A stretch of DNA of 64,000 bases, from assembly GCF_021246445.1 (NCBI RefSeq), contig NZ_JAJQXW010000001.1:992001-1056000 (forward strand). Reading direction: 5' to 3'. Of the stretch, positions 26,765 to 37,749 are shown in pieces. The position numbers and the translations under genes are program-made. The DNA comes from Rhabdothermincola salaria (GTDB taxonomy: Bacteria; Actinomycetota; Acidimicrobiia; Acidimicrobiales; Acidimicrobilacustridaceae). Numbering within the stretch: the stretch's first letter is position 1; each line of letters opens with the position of its first letter. The notes beneath the pieces were generated by a model. The model was not told the origin of the DNA and did not search any database. It was given only the letters and a program-made list of their open reading frames with translations.

Positions 26765-26793
26765 TCGTCCTCTGTTCCGTTTTCAAGGAGCGC
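26765..26793 (-). promoter_or_regulatory. boxA-like element and 16S processing-stem arm in the rrn leader
   Basis: GCTCCTTGAAAACGGAACAGAGGACGA is complementary to ITS 24844-24865. Likewise ITS 24691-24719 pairs with 21571-21600 around 23S. Confidence 0.75.
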
Positions 26794-26920
26794 TCGGCCG
26801 AGAAGGCACAGCCTGAACTCGGCGCACTCGTTGTTGGCCTGCCACCATCTGGCGGCGGTTCCAACTCTCCGACTCCATGGAGGCGCCCGTGGGCGCTGGT
26901 TCCGTTTGGAGCGGAGTGCC

Positions 26921-26949
26921 ACTCTACCGAGACGCTTGGAGGCTGTCAA
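26921..26949 (-). promoter_or_regulatory. rrn promoter (proximal), sigma70-type
   Basis: TTGACA-17 nt-TAGAGT. Confidence 0.85.
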
Positions 26950-27022
26950 CCCGGTGGAACCGGTGCAACGTCCTGCTTGGTCCTCGTCCCGCCCGGCGAA
27001 CCGGTCGGTGCGGCGAGATGTG

Positions 27023-27051
27023 AACGTAGTCCGCCGTTCACACCCCGGCAA
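27023..27051 (-). promoter_or_regulatory. rrn promoter (distal), sigma70-type
   Basis: TTGCCG-17 nt-TACGTT, about 100 nt upstream of the proximal promoter. Confidence 0.6.
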
Positions 27052-27106
27052 CCTGAGACAGCGTGTCGTTCGTCACTCGACGCCCCCCAGGCGACGTTCT
27101 CCCTGG

Positions 27107-28375
27107 TCAGCGCACCAACAGATGGCGCTGCTTCTTGCCCCTTCGCACCATGCACCAGCGATCGTGGTGCCAATCAGCAGACGTCAGCCGGCGTCCTTCG
27201 GGGGCGGCGACGTCGTTGACGTAGAGGCCGCCCTGGGCGATGAGGCGACGCCCCTCGCCCTTGGAGGCCAGCACCCCGTGGGTGACCAGGACCTCGACGA
27301 GGTCGCCACCGGCCTCGTCGGGGGTGAGCGCCACCGTGGGCACCGTGCCCGACAGCGCTTCCCAGTCGGCCACAGCGAGGTCGCCCACCGCCCGGGTGAA
27401 CCCGGTCGATGCGACACCTGCCTCTCGGGCCGCCGCCTCGCCGTGCACGAGGGTCGTCACCGCCTCGGCCAGCGCCCGCTGGGCGACGCGACGCTCGGGG
27501 GCGTCGCGGTGCTCGGCCATCACCGTGGCGATCTCGTCGAGCGGGAGCAGGGTGAGCTGGAGCAGGAACCGCTCGACGTCGCGGTCGTCGCTGTTCACGA
27601 AGTACTGGAAGAAGGCGTACGGGGACGTGCGGTGGGGGTCGAGCCACACGGCATCGCCGGTGGACTTGCCGAACTTGGCCCCGTCGGCGCGGGTGACCAA
27701 CGGGACGGTGAGCCCATGCACGTGGGCGCCGACCGTGCGCCGTACGAGGTCGATGCCGGCGGTGATGTTCCCCCACTGGTCCGACCCGCCCACCTGGAGC
27801 TCGACGCCCAGGGTCTCGTGGAGGTGGCGATAGTCGTTGGCCTGCAGGAGCATGTAGCTGAACTCCGTGAAGGAGATCCCCTGCTCGCTCTGCACGCGGG
27901 CGCGCACCGACTCCTTGGCCAGCATGGTGTTGACGGTGACGTGCTTGCCCACGTCCCTCAGGAACTCCAGCACCCCGATCCGGGCCGTCCAGTCCCGGTT
28001 GTCGACCAGGAGGGCCGGGTTCCCGTCGGCCTCGAAGTCCAGGAAGGATGTCAACTGGCTGGTGATGGCCGCCACGTTGCGGTCGAGCTCGTCGGCGGCG
28101 AGCAGGTTGCGCTCCGTGGACCGCCCGCCCGGATCGCCGATCATGCCGGTGGCTCCTCCCGCCAGTGCCACCGGCTGGTGCCCGAAGAGCTGGAAGCGGC
28201 GCAACAACAGCAATGGGACGAGATGGCCCACGTGCAGGCTGTCGCCCGTCGGATCGAAACCGGCGTACACCCGGATCGGCCCCTCGGCCAGACGGGCCCC
28301 CAGGGCGTCGGTGTCGGTGGTGTCGTGCACCAGCCCACGGGACAGCAGGTCGTCGAGGATCGCAGCATCGCTCAC
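27107..28375 (-). CDS. tyrS: Tyrosine--tRNA ligase
   Basis: YAGFDPTGDSLHVGH, QVGGSDQWGNI, KFGKS, C-terminal S4 domain (RRGKK). Start approximate. Confidence 0.97.
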   Translation of the reverse strand: MSDAAILDDLLSRGLVHDTTDTDALGARLAEGPIRVYAGFDPTGDSLHVGHLVPLLLLRRFQLFGHQPVALAGGATGMIGDPGGRSTERNLLAADELDRNVAAITSQLTSFLDFEADGNPALLVDNRDWTARIGVLEFLRDVGKHVTVNTMLAKESVRARVQSEQGISFTEFSYMLLQANDYRHLHETLGVELQVGGSDQWGNITAGIDLVRRTVGAHVHGLTVPLVTRADGAKFGKSTGDAVWLDPHRTSPYAFFQYFVNSDDRDVERFLLQLTLLPLDEIATVMAEHRDAPERRVAQRALAEAVTTLVHGEAAAREAGVASTGFTRAVGDLAVADWEALSGTVPTVALTPDEAGGDLVEVLVTHGVLASKGEGRRLIAQGGLYVNDVAAPEGRRLTSADWHHDRWCMVRRGKKQRHLLVR

Positions 28376-28475
28376 GGGCACAGACTCTCCCGCCTCCTCA
28401 GCGCTGCGTCCAACCCGATCTCCCCGACGGCCGGCGTGATTGGCGGCCGCCGGCACCCGGAGGCAGAGTTGAGCC

Positions 28476-29060
28476 ATGGCCGACACCACGAGGGGCACGT
28501 CGCCCGCCGGGCCACCGCCCGACACCCCCGAGGACGACGTGGCACCGCTGTCGGTAGGTCGTCGCCTCAGCCGGGTCCTCGCCACGGTGGTGGCCATCTC
28601 CGTGGCGGCCATGTGGGCCTACGCGCTGTGGGGCCCCGTGCAACGCGTCAGCCAGGGCACGTTCGACTCACCCGCCTTCCCCGAGGCGGCTCAGCCCATC
28701 TGTGCGGAGACCCTCGCCGCCATCGACGCCTTGCCACCGGCCTACGAATCACGCGACTCGGGCGCCCGCGCCGACGTGGTGGCCGCCGCCAACGACGAGC
28801 TGGCCGTCATGCTGGATCGCCTCGACGCCATCGCTCCCCCGCCCGATGCGAGCGACGACGCCCGCATGATCGACGAGTGGTTGGGCGACTGGCGCACGTT
28901 CCTCGGCGATCGTGAGCGCTACGTCGAGGCGCTGTCCACCGATCCCGGTGCCCGCCTCCTCGTCACCGAGAAGGAACGTCGCCAGATCACCGAGCCCATC
29001 GACTACCTGGCCACGGTGAACGACATGCCGGCCTGCGCCACCCCCGGCGACATCGCCTGA
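28476..29060 (+). CDS. Hypothetical membrane-anchored protein
   Basis: One TM helix (VLATVVAISVAAMWAYALW) and a helical domain with two Cys (PICAE, PACATP). Confidence 0.7.
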   Translation: MADTTRGTSPAGPPPDTPEDDVAPLSVGRRLSRVLATVVAISVAAMWAYALWGPVQRVSQGTFDSPAFPEAAQPICAETLAAIDALPPAYESRDSGARADVVAAANDELAVMLDRLDAIAPPPDASDDARMIDEWLGDWRTFLGDRERYVEALSTDPGARLLVTEKERRQITEPIDYLATVNDMPACATPGDIA

Positions 29061-29097
29061 CGGCGCGGGCGGGCCCCCGACCCGCGGAGCAGGTGGG

Positions 29098-29715
29098 TCA
29101 GAGCCGGCCCGCCAGGGCCCCCGCCCGTTCGGCCAGGCGGATCAGGCCCTCGTCGGCGCCGAGGGCCGGGAGGTCCACCGGCGCGACCCAGCGCAGCGCC
29201 TCGGACTCGTGGTTGCCGACCGCCCGAGCCCCCGACGGTGCCAGCACCAGGTAGCGCACGTCGAGGTGCAGGTGGGCCGCCTCCTTCGGCGGCCGGACCT
29301 CGTGGATGTCGAGGTCGGCGGGCGGAGCCACGACGACCAGCCCGTCGATGCCGGTCTCCTCGGTCGCTTCCCGCAGCGCCGTGGCGGCGAGGTTGGCTTC
29401 GCCGTCGGTGTGGCCGCCGGGCTGGAGCCACTTGCGCAGCTTGGTGTGGAACAGCACCAGCACCCGACCGCTGTCGGGGTCGAGCACGAGGGCCGAGCCG
29501 GTGAAGTGGCCTGCGGCGCAGGACCGATGCAGGGCATCCGGGTTCGCCGAGGCGAACTCGAGCATCTGATCGCGGAGGCGGGCCTGCCCGGCGTCGGCCG
29601 GTTCGTGGCGGTGCAGGTCGGCGACCAGCGACGACAGCTCTCCGGAGGACGCAAGTCGATCGGCGGTCAGGAGCTGGGGTCGGCGGGGGCCGGAGCTCGC
29701 GCCCGGCGAGGTCAT
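29098..29715 (-). CDS. NUDIX hydrolase
   Basis: GHFTGSA, WLQPGGHTDGE..LAATALREATEETGI, HLHLDVRY. ATG overlaps the mpg stop codon. Confidence 0.9.
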   Translation of the reverse strand: MTSPGASSGPRRPQLLTADRLASSGELSSLVADLHRHEPADAGQARLRDQMLEFASANPDALHRSCAAGHFTGSALVLDPDSGRVLVLFHTKLRKWLQPGGHTDGEANLAATALREATEETGIDGLVVVAPPADLDIHEVRPPKEAAHLHLDVRYLVLAPSGARAVGNHESEALRWVAPVDLPALGADEGLIRLAERAGALAGRL

Positions 29716-30332
29716 CGGCCCCGCCTGCCCACCGCCGGGCCGGGACGCCCCGGCGAGACGTGTGGGTCGTCGGGCACGAACCAACGCCAAGGGTGCTCGA
29801 CCGCCACCGAGATGCCGACTCGACCGCTCGTGGCCGGCGATGGCGGCGGGGGCACACCGTCGTCGAGGATCGTCGGGCCGGTTCCGTCGACCAGGTCGGC
29901 ACCGTCGTGGTCCCCGTCGATGCCCAGCGCCTGGCACAGCTTCGCGGGCCCGTTGGCCAGGTCACGGTCGCGGCGGGCTGCGGAGCGATCGTGGCGCATG
30001 GCCTCGAGGCCCGCCAGGGCCTCACCGGCGCGCAGCAGCACGGCGGCGGCCTCGCCCTCCGGCCCGCACACGGCGTTGGCACACCAGTGCATGCCGTAGC
30101 TGAAGTACACGTAGAGGTGCCCCGGGGGCCCGAACATCACCCGGGTGCGTGGCGTCCGACCCCGATAGGCGTGGCTGGCGGGGTCGTCGGCCCCGACGTA
30201 GGCCTCGACCTCGACGATGCGCACGGCACGGTCGCCGTGGACGAGCGCCTTGCCCAGCAGCTCCGGGCCCACGACGCGTGGGTCCCGGTCGTAGAACGAG
30301 CGCGGCAACACCGCACCGGTGGGGACGCTCAC
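29712..30332 (-). CDS. mpg: DNA-3-methyladenine glycosylase (MPG/AAG family)
   Basis: IVEVEAY.GADDPASH, GHLYVYFSYGMHWCAN, AVLLRA, NGPAKLCQALGI, RVGIS. Confidence 0.94.
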   Translation of the reverse strand: MSVPTGAVLPRSFYDRDPRVVGPELLGKALVHGDRAVRIVEVEAYVGADDPASHAYRGRTPRTRVMFGPPGHLYVYFSYGMHWCANAVCGPEGEAAAVLLRAGEALAGLEAMRHDRSAARRDRDLANGPAKLCQALGIDGDHDGADLVDGTGPTILDDGVPPPPSPATSGRVGISVAVEHPWRWFVPDDPHVSPGRPGPAVGRRGR

Positions 30333-31711
30333 TGCTCCCAGCGGTCCCGGTCCTCGGTGAGCCGTTCGGCGAAGCGAGCCAGCTGAGCGGCCACCGGCGC
30401 GGGCCCGGCCCCGCCTCGGGTGGTGCGCCGCGAGACGGCGACGCCCTCGTCGAGGAGGCCGACGGCCTCGGGGCCCAGCTCGGGCGACGCCGCCACCAGG
30501 TCGCGCAGGGCGATGCCCTCGTCGAGCGAGCGCCGCACCAGCGCGCCGACGACGGCGTGGGCCTCGCGGAACGGCAGGCCCCCGGCCACGAGGTGCTCGG
30601 CCAGGTCGGTGGCCGCGCTGGTGGGTGAGTCGGCGGCGGCCGCCATGACGTCGGTGCGCAGCGTGGAGGTGGCCAACAGACCGGTCATGGCCGACAGCGC
30701 CAGGGCCACGGTGTCGAGGCTGTCGAAGAGCGGCTCCTTGTCCTCCTGGAGGTCGCGGTTGTAGGCCAGCGGCAACGCCTTCAGCGTGGCCAGCAGGCCG
30801 GTGAGATTGCCGATGAGACGACCGGTCTTGCCCCTCGTGAGCTCGGCGATGTCGGGGTTCTTCTTCTGGGGCAGCATCGAGGAGCCCGTGGACCAGGCGT
30901 CGTCGAGGCCGAGGAACCCGAACTCGTCGGTGGACCACAAGATGAGCTCTTCGGCCAGCCGCGAGAGGTGCACTCCGAGCAGGGCCAGGTCGAAGAGGGC
31001 CTCGGCGACGAAATCGCGATCGCTCACCGCGTCGAGGGAGTTGTCGAACACGCGGGCGAAACCGAGGTCCTCAGCGGTCCCCTCGGGGTCGAGGGGCAGC
31101 GAGGAACCGGCCAGGGCCCCGGCGCCGAGCGGTGAGACGTCGAGGCGACGCCTGGTGTCGGCCAGCCGGTCCAGGTCGCGAGCGAGCGCCCAGCCGTGGG
31201 CCAGGAGGTGGTGGGCCAGCAGCACCGGCTGGGCCCGCTGGAGGTGGGTGTAGCCGGGGAGGTAGGCGTCGCCCGCCTCCCGGGCACGATCGAGCAGCAC
31301 TCCTTGGAGGGCCAGCACGCGTGCAGCGATGCCGGCGAGCTCCCGCTTGGCGTACAGCCGCAGGTCGGTGGCGACCTGGTCGTTGCGGCTCCGCCCGGTG
31401 TGCAGCTTGCCGCCGGCCGGACCGGCCAGCTCGGTCACACGACGCTCGACCGCGGTGTGGATGTCCTCGTCGGAGGCCACGAAGACCAGCTCACCGGATT
31501 CGAGCTCGCGCTCGACTCGGTCGAGCGCCTCGAGCACGTCGTCACGCTCGGCCTCGGTGAGGATTCCGACCCGGGCCAGTCCCCGGACGTGCGCGCGCGA
31601 GCCGGTGATGTCGTCGCCGGCCAGCCGGCGGTCGTAGGGCAGGCTCACCGTGAACGCCAACAGCTCCTCGGCCGGGCCTCCCTCGAAGCGGCCGTGCCAC
31701 AGGGTGCTCAT
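30329..31711 (-). CDS. argH: Argininosuccinate lyase
   Basis: LWHGRF, HTGRSRNDQ, PGYTHLQRAQP, GSSMLPQKKNPD. Confidence 0.97.
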   Translation of the reverse strand: MSTLWHGRFEGGPAEELLAFTVSLPYDRRLAGDDITGSRAHVRGLARVGILTEAERDDVLEALDRVERELESGELVFVASDEDIHTAVERRVTELAGPAGGKLHTGRSRNDQVATDLRLYAKRELAGIAARVLALQGVLLDRAREAGDAYLPGYTHLQRAQPVLLAHHLLAHGWALARDLDRLADTRRRLDVSPLGAGALAGSSLPLDPEGTAEDLGFARVFDNSLDAVSDRDFVAEALFDLALLGVHLSRLAEELILWSTDEFGFLGLDDAWSTGSSMLPQKKNPDIAELTRGKTGRLIGNLTGLLATLKALPLAYNRDLQEDKEPLFDSLDTVALALSAMTGLLATSTLRTDVMAAAADSPTSAATDLAEHLVAGGLPFREAHAVVGALVRRSLDEGIALRDLVAASPELGPEAVGLLDEGVAVSRRTTRGGAGPAPVAAQLARFAERLTEDRDRWEQ

Positions 31712-31721
31712 CGGGCGGCGC

Positions 31722-32981
31722 TCACTCCCCCGCCGTCGGGGCGGAGGTCGACGTGGAGGTGGTGGCGCCGCTGGCGGAGGTCGGCGTCCCGGGGAGGGCG
31801 GCCGACTGCTTGGCCGCCCAGGTCTGGATGCCCAGTCCCCAGAGCTTCACGAAGCCCTCGGAGTCGGCGTGCTCGAAGCTGTCCTCGGCGTCGTAGGTGG
31901 CCAGGCCGTAGTCGTAGAGGCTGTGGGGGCTGCGGCGACCGACGACGTAGCAGCGACCGGGCTCGAGGCGCAGGCGCACCTCACCGGTGACGAAGCGCTG
32001 GGTGTTGTCGACGAAGGCGTCGAGGGCCTCCTTCAGCGGGGAGTACCACATCCCGTCGTACACGAGGTCGGCGAAGCGCCCTTCGAGGCGCTGCTTCTCG
32101 TGGGCGACGTCGCGCTCGAGCGTGATCGACTCGAGGTCGCGGTGGGCCTCGATGAGGGCCAACGCACCCGGGGCTTCGTACGTCTCGCGGCTCTTGATGC
32201 CCACCCGGCGGTTCTCGACCATGTCGAGACGCCCCCAGCCGTAGGCCCCCACGATGTCGTTGAGCTCCACGATGAGGTCGTGCAGGGCCATGGCCTCGCC
32301 GTCGAGGCTGACCGGCACGCCTTCCTCGAAGCCCACGACGACCTCACGGGCCTCGCTGGCCTTCACCGTGGTCATGCTCCACACCCCCTCGGGCGGGCGC
32401 GCCCACGGGTCCTCCATCTCACCGCACTCGATGGCCCGGCCCCAGAGGTTGTCGTCGATGGAGTACAGCTTCTCCTTGGTGGCGGCCACGGGGATGTCGT
32501 GGGCCTCGGCGTACTCGATGCTCATCTCCCGGGTCATGCCCCAGTTGCGCACCGGCGCCATGATCTCGAGGTCGGGCGCCAGGGCCCGGGTGGCCACCTC
32601 GAAGCGGACCTGGTCGTTGCCCTTGCCCGTGCACCCGTGGGCCACCGCTTCGGCGCCGTGGTAGCGGGCGGCGGCCACGAGGTGGCGCACGATGACGGGA
32701 CGGGACAGCGCCGACACCAGCGGGTAGCGGCCCTCGTAGAGGGCGTTGGCCTTGAGGGCGGGGGCGAGGAAGTCGCGAGCGAACTCCTCGCGGCAGTCCA
32801 CCACGATGGCCTCCACGGCCCCGGCGGCGAACGCCTTGGCCTGCAGACCCTCCCAGTCCCCCTCCTGGCCCAGGTTGCAGGCGACGGTGATCACCTCGAC
32901 GCCGTAGTTCTCGATCATCCAACGCACGGCCACCGAGGTGTCGAGACCACCGCTGTAGGCCAGCACCACTCGCTTCGCCAT
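31722..32981 (-). CDS. argG: Argininosuccinate synthase
   Basis: VVLAYSGGLDTS, HGCTGKGNDQVRFE, ENRRVGIKSRETYE. Confidence 0.97.
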   Translation of the reverse strand: MAKRVVLAYSGGLDTSVAVRWMIENYGVEVITVACNLGQEGDWEGLQAKAFAAGAVEAIVVDCREEFARDFLAPALKANALYEGRYPLVSALSRPVIVRHLVAAARYHGAEAVAHGCTGKGNDQVRFEVATRALAPDLEIMAPVRNWGMTREMSIEYAEAHDIPVAATKEKLYSIDDNLWGRAIECGEMEDPWARPPEGVWSMTTVKASEAREVVVGFEEGVPVSLDGEAMALHDLIVELNDIVGAYGWGRLDMVENRRVGIKSRETYEAPGALALIEAHRDLESITLERDVAHEKQRLEGRFADLVYDGMWYSPLKEALDAFVDNTQRFVTGEVRLRLEPGRCYVVGRRSPHSLYDYGLATYDAEDSFEHADSEGFVKLWGLGIQTWAAKQSAALPGTPTSASGATTSTSTSAPTAGE

Positions 32982-33055
32982 TGACGCACTTCCTTCTGCC
33001 ACGGCCCGGGGGCCCGTTCGGGGGGGAACTTCGATCAGGGGAACAGCGGCCGGTT

Positions 33056-33556
33056 CTAGAGACCGGCCAGGTCGGACAGGCGCCCGGCCACCTCGGCGCC
33101 ACCGACGTCGGCGTCGACGATGACCAAGATGGTGTCGTCGCCGGCGACGGTACCCACCACATCGGGCACCCCGGCGCGGTCGAGGGCCGAGGCGACGACG
33201 TGGGCCGAACCCGGTGGGGTGCGCACCACGACGAGGTTGGCGGAGTGCTCGACCTCGACCACCCAGTCGCCGAACACCCGGCGCAGGTGGTCCTCGGGGG
33301 CACGCTGCTCCTTGGGCAGCGCCGGGATGGCGTAGGCGGACTCGCCGCCGGGCACGCGCACCTTGATGGCGCCGATGTCCTCGAGGTCGCGGGAGACGGT
33401 GGCCTGGGTGGCCACGACCCCTTCGGCCGCCAACAGGTCCACCAGCTGGGCCTGGTTGGCGACGGGCTCGGCCTCGATGAGCTTGGCCACCAGGTGCTGG
33501 CGCTGGGTCTTGCCCAGCTTCACCGGCTCCCGGGCCGGATCCCGACGGGCGCTCAT
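33056..33556 (-). CDS. argR: Arginine repressor
   Basis: [24 protein letters not shown]. Confidence 0.96.
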   Translation of the reverse strand: MSARRDPAREPVKLGKTQRQHLVAKLIEAEPVANQAQLVDLLAAEGVVATQATVSRDLEDIGAIKVRVPGGESAYAIPALPKEQRAPEDHLRRVFGDWVVEVEHSANLVVVRTPPGSAHVVASALDRAGVPDVVGTVAGDDTILVIVDADVGGAEVAGRLSDLAGL

Positions 33557-34452
33557 CGATGCTCCAACAACCAGGTGAGGGCGCCACGAGCGGCGTGCAT
33601 GCGGTTCTCGGCCTGGCGCCACACTCGGCTCCGGGGACCTTCGAGGACCTCGGTGGAGACCTCTTCGCCCCGATGAGCGGGCAGGCAGTGCAAGAAGACG
33701 GCGTCGTCGGCGACACCGACCATGAGGGCGGCGTCGACGGTGAAGCCGGCGAAGGCCTCGCGGCGGGCGCTCGCCTCGGCCTCCTGGCCCATGGACGCCC
33801 ACACATCGGTGTAGACCGCGTCGGCGCCCTCGACGGCGTCGGTGGCCACGTGGGTGGTGGTGAGGTCGACGCCCGCCGCTCGGATCCGATGGACCTCGGC
33901 CGCGGGGAGCTCGTAGCCCGGCGGGGTGGCCACCCGCACCGCCATGCCCACCATGCCGGCGGCGAGCGCGAGCGAACGGGCCACGTTGTTCCCGTCGCCC
34001 ACGTAGGCCACGGTCCGACCGGCCAGGGCCTCGACACCGCCGAACTCCTGGGCCAACGTGAGCACGTCGGCCAGGCCCTGGAGGGGGTGGCCGGCGTCGG
34101 AGAGCATGTTGACCACCGGGACGGTCGACACGGCGACCATGCGCTCGAGCTTGGCGTGCTCGAAGACGCGGGCGCCGATGGCGGCGTGGTAGCAGCACAG
34201 CGTGCGGGTGACGTCCTCGACCGTCTCGCGGGTGTCGAGCCCGACCTCGTCGGGACGGATGGTGAGCGGGTGCCCCCCCAGCTGCACCACGGCCATCTCC
34301 ATGGAGTTGCGGGTGCGGGCCGAGGGCTTTTCGAACAGCAGCGCCATCCCGTGGCCCTCGAGGACCCGGGGAGACACGGGCGCGGCGCCCATGGCGAGCA
34401 CGTGGTGCAGCTCGTCGGGGGTGAGGTCGTCGATCTCGAGCAGGTGCCTCAC
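33553..34452 (-). CDS. argF: Ornithine carbamoyltransferase
   Basis: [43 protein letters not shown]. Confidence 0.95.
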   Translation of the reverse strand: MRHLLEIDDLTPDELHHVLAMGAAPVSPRVLEGHGMALLFEKPSARTRNSMEMAVVQLGGHPLTIRPDEVGLDTRETVEDVTRTLCCYHAAIGARVFEHAKLERMVAVSTVPVVNMLSDAGHPLQGLADVLTLAQEFGGVEALAGRTVAYVGDGNNVARSLALAAGMVGMAVRVATPPGYELPAAEVHRIRAAGVDLTTTHVATDAVEGADAVYTDVWASMGQEAEASARREAFAGFTVDAALMVGVADDAVFLHCLPAHRGEEVSTEVLEGPRSRVWRQAENRMHAARGALTWLLEHR

Positions 34453-35666
34453 GGTTGTCCCGCCTCCGTGCGGCGCGCTGCGTCGGCGAGCAGGTCGGCC
34501 AACACAGCCACGCCCTCGTCGATCTCGTCGGGGGTCACCACCAGCGGCGGGGCCAGGCGGAGGGCGCTCGGGGTGACCGCGTTGACCACGAGGCCGGCCG
34601 CCAGGGCGTCGGCGGCCACCCTGCGGGCGTCGATGCCGGGGACCAGTTCGGCGGCCAGCAACAGGCCGAGGCCGCGGACCTCGGCCACCTGGGGCAGGGC
34701 CTGCAGGGCGTGGCGCAGGTGGCTGCCGGCGTGCTCGGCCAGCGAGGGGGCGTGGTCGCGCTCCATGACCCCGAGCACGGCCAGGGCGGCCGCGGCCGCG
34801 AGGGGTTGGCCGCCGTAGGTCGTGGCGTGGTCGCCGGGCTCGAAGGCGGCGGCGACGTCGCGCCGGGCCCAACAGGCGCCGATGGGCATGCCGTTGCCCA
34901 GCGCCTTGGCCAGGGTCACGACGTCGGGCTCGACCCCGAAGTGCTGGAAGCCGAACCACTCCCCCGTGCGCCCGAGGCCGGTCTGCACCTCGTCGACCAT
35001 GAACAGCAGGCCGCGTTCGTCGCACAGCCGCCGCACGCCCTCGAAGTAGTGGGCGGTGGCCGGGTTGACCCCGCCCTCGCCCTGCACCGGCTCCAACAGC
35101 ACGGCGGCGACGGAGGGACCGATGGCCGCCTCGAGGGCGTCGAGGTCGTTCCAGGGGACGTGACGGAACCCATCGGGCAGGGGTTGGAAGGCTTCCCACT
35201 TGGCGGGTTGGCCGGTGGCGGCCAGCGCCGCCAGGGTGCGGCCGTGGAACGATCCGTAGGCGCTGATCACCTCGTGGCGCCCGTGGCCCCCGAACTTGCG
35301 CGCCAGCTTGATGGCGCACTCGTTGGCCTCGGCCCCCGAGTTCGAGAAGAAGACCTGGCCCCCGCCGCCCAGGAGCCGGTCGAGGGTGATGGCGACCTCC
35401 CCGCCGGGCACGGTGCCGAAGAGGTTGGACACGTGCACCAGGGTGCGGGCCTGCTCGGCGATGGCGTCGGCGACCTCCGGGTGGGCGTGACCGAGCCCCA
35501 CCACGGCCAGCCCGGCGAGGAAGTCGAGGTACCGGGTGCCGTCGCGGTCCCACAGGCGGCACCCCTCACCCCGCACGAACTGCACGGTGGGGGCACCGTA
35601 GGTGGGCATGAGCGGGCAGTGGTCGAGGCCGGGGGGCGCCCCCATGGCCGTGGCATGGGCGTTCAC
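34449..35666 (-). CDS. argD: Acetylornithine aminotransferase
   Basis: [40 protein letters not shown]. Confidence 0.95.
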   Translation of the reverse strand: MNAHATAMGAPPGLDHCPLMPTYGAPTVQFVRGEGCRLWDRDGTRYLDFLAGLAVVGLGHAHPEVADAIAEQARTLVHVSNLFGTVPGGEVAITLDRLLGGGGQVFFSNSGAEANECAIKLARKFGGHGRHEVISAYGSFHGRTLAALAATGQPAKWEAFQPLPDGFRHVPWNDLDALEAAIGPSVAAVLLEPVQGEGGVNPATAHYFEGVRRLCDERGLLFMVDEVQTGLGRTGEWFGFQHFGVEPDVVTLAKALGNGMPIGACWARRDVAAAFEPGDHATTYGGQPLAAAAALAVLGVMERDHAPSLAEHAGSHLRHALQALPQVAEVRGLGLLLAAELVPGIDARRVAADALAAGLVVNAVTPSALRLAPPLVVTPDEIDEGVAVLADLLADAARRTEAGQP

Positions 35667-36589
35667 GAGGTCTCCTCGAGGGCCGGCGGGATCGGATCGG
35701 CGGTGATCATGGTGCCCACGCCGGCATCGGTGAACAGCTCCAGCAACAGCACGTGCGGCACGCGACCGTCGAGCAGGTGGGCGGCCCGCACTCCACCGGC
35801 GAGCGCTTCCAGGCAGGCTTCGATCTTGGGGATCATGCCGCCGCTCAGCACCCCGGCGTCGATGAGCTCGCCGATCTCGGTGGCGTCGGTGCGGGTGATC
35901 AGCGAGGACGAGTCGTCGACGTCGCGCAGCAGCCCGGCGATGTCGGTGAGGTAGATGGCCTTCTCGGCGTCGAGCGCGCCGGCCAGGGCCCCGGCCACGG
36001 TGTCGGCGTTGATGTTGTAGGACTGGCCGGCCAGGTCGGCGCCGATGGTGGACACCACCGGGATGAGGTTCTGGGCGAGGAGCGACTCGACGATGGCCGG
36101 GTTCACCGCCTTGACGTCGCCGACGAAGCCGAGCGAGGGGTTGCGCAGGCCGGCTTCGATGAGGCCGCCGTCCTCGCCCGACATCCCGACGGCCAGCGGG
36201 CCATGGGCGTTGATGGAGGCGACGATGTCGCGGTTCACCTTCCCGACCAGCACCATGCGGGCGATGTCGAGGGTCTCGGCGTCGGTGACCCGCAGCCCAT
36301 CGCGGAACTCGGGCACCTTGCCCAGCCGGTCCATGAGGTCGCCGATCTGGGGTCCGCCACCGTGCACCACGACCACCCGGATGCCGACGGCGTGCAGCAA
36401 CACGACGTCGGCGGCGAAGGTCTCGGCCAGCATCGGGTCGGTCATGGCGTTGCCGCCGTACTTGACCACGATGGTGTGACCCCAGAAGCGCCGGATGTAG
36501 GGCAACGCCTCGATGAGCACCTCGGTGGTGGCGACGTGGCCGGCGTCGGGGGCGACCGGGGCCGAGGCCCCGGCCTTCGCCGCGCTCAC
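35663..36589 (-). CDS. argB: Acetylglutamate kinase
   Basis: VVKYGGNAM, VHGGGPQI, GLRVTD, NINAD, GGMIPK. Confidence 0.96.
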   Translation of the reverse strand: MSAAKAGASAPVAPDAGHVATTEVLIEALPYIRRFWGHTIVVKYGGNAMTDPMLAETFAADVVLLHAVGIRVVVVHGGGPQIGDLMDRLGKVPEFRDGLRVTDAETLDIARMVLVGKVNRDIVASINAHGPLAVGMSGEDGGLIEAGLRNPSLGFVGDVKAVNPAIVESLLAQNLIPVVSTIGADLAGQSYNINADTVAGALAGALDAEKAIYLTDIAGLLRDVDDSSSLITRTDATEIGELIDAGVLSGGMIPKIEACLEALAGGVRAAHLLDGRVPHVLLLELFTDAGVGTMITADPIPPALEETS

Positions 36590-37749
36590 GAGGTCCCCAT
36601 GTTCTCGTCGATGTAGGCGTGGGTGAGGTCGTTGGTGAGGATGGTGCCGCGCCCGGCTCCGAGACCGAGGTCGACCGCGATCTCGAGGTGGCGTTGCGCC
36701 ATGTGGGCCGCCACGGCCTCGCGGTCGTGATCGACCTCGACACCGCCCCGGCACACCTCGATGCCCCCGTAGGAGACCGAGACCAGCGCCTGGTCGAAGG
36801 CGATCCCGCAGCTGCCCAGGTCGCTGGCGATGCGGCCCCAGTACGGGTCCTGGCCGTACCAGGAGCACTTGACCAGCTGGCTGCGGGCCACGTAGCGGGC
36901 CCCCGCCTGGGCCTCGTCGTCGGAGTGGGCGCCGGTCACCGTGAGGCGCACGACCTTGGTCGCCCCCTCGGCGTCGCCGGCCATCTGCGCCGCCAGGTCG
37001 GCGCACGCGGCGGCGACGGCCCGCTCGAGCTGGACCTGGTCGACCTCCCCGGCGCGACCGGACGACAGCAACAGCACGGTGTCGTTGGTCGAGGTGCAGC
37101 CGTCGACGTCGAGGGCGTTGAAGGAGTCGGCCACGCCGGCGGTGAGGGCGGCCTGCAGCTGGGCGGGCGTGGCCGCCGCATCGGTGGTGAGCACGGCCAG
37201 CATGGTGGCCATGTTCGGCGACAGCATCGCCGCGCCCTTGGCCATGCCCCCGACGACGAAGCCCTCGGCTTCGACGACGACCTCCTTGGAGGCGGTGTCG
37301 GTGGTCATGATCGCGGCCGCGGCCGCCTCGCCGCCGTGCTCGGACCGCGCCGCCACCAACGGAGCGATGCCCGCCTCGACGACCGCCATCGGCAGGGGGA
37401 TGCCGATCAGGCCGGTGGAGCAGACCAGGACGTGGTGGCGATCCACGCCGAGCTCGGCGGCGACGAGATCGCACATGGCCTCGGCGTCGGCGCACCCCTT
37501 CTCGCCGGTGGCGGCGTTGGCGTTGCCGCTGTTGAGGATCACGGCTGCGGCCTGGCCGCCCGACGCGGCCAGGTGGGCCTTGGTGGTGAGGACCGGTGCG
37601 GCGGTCATGTGGTTGCGGGTGAACACCCCGGCCGCCGGCGCCGGACGGCCGTCGGCGACGGCGACCAGGGCCAGGTCGCGAGCGCCGGACTCCTTGATGC
37701 CGGCGGCGGTCCCGGCGGCGGTGAAGCCGGGAGCGGCGGTGACGCTCAT
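36586..37749 (-). CDS. argJ: Glutamate N-acetyltransferase
   Basis: NSGNANA, STGLIG, IMTTD, KGAAMLSPNMATML, STNDT, DAEGATK. Confidence 0.96.
   Translation of the reverse strand: MSVTAAPGFTAAGTAAGIKESGARDLALVAVADGRPAPAAGVFTRNHMTAAPVLTTKAHLAASGGQAAAVILNSGNANAATGEKGCADAEAMCDLVAAELGVDRHHVLVCSTGLIGIPLPMAVVEAGIAPLVAARSEHGGEAAAAAIMTTDTASKEVVVEAEGFVVGGMAKGAAMLSPNMATMLAVLTTDAAATPAQLQAALTAGVADSFNALDVDGCTSTNDTVLLLSSGRAGEVDQVQLERAVAAACADLAAQMAGDAEGATKVVRLTVTGAHSDDEAQAGARYVARSQLVKCSWYGQDPYWGRIASDLGSCGIAFDQALVSVSYGGIEVCRGGVEVDHDREAVAAHMAQRHLEIAVDLGLGAGRGTILTNDLTHAYIDENMGTS

Noticed and set aside
34308..34335. ArgF motif SARTR instead of STRTR, suggesting a different transcarbamylase
   Set aside because: SMG and HCLP motifs are intact and the gene sits in a complete arg operon, so ordinary OTCase is the simplest reading.
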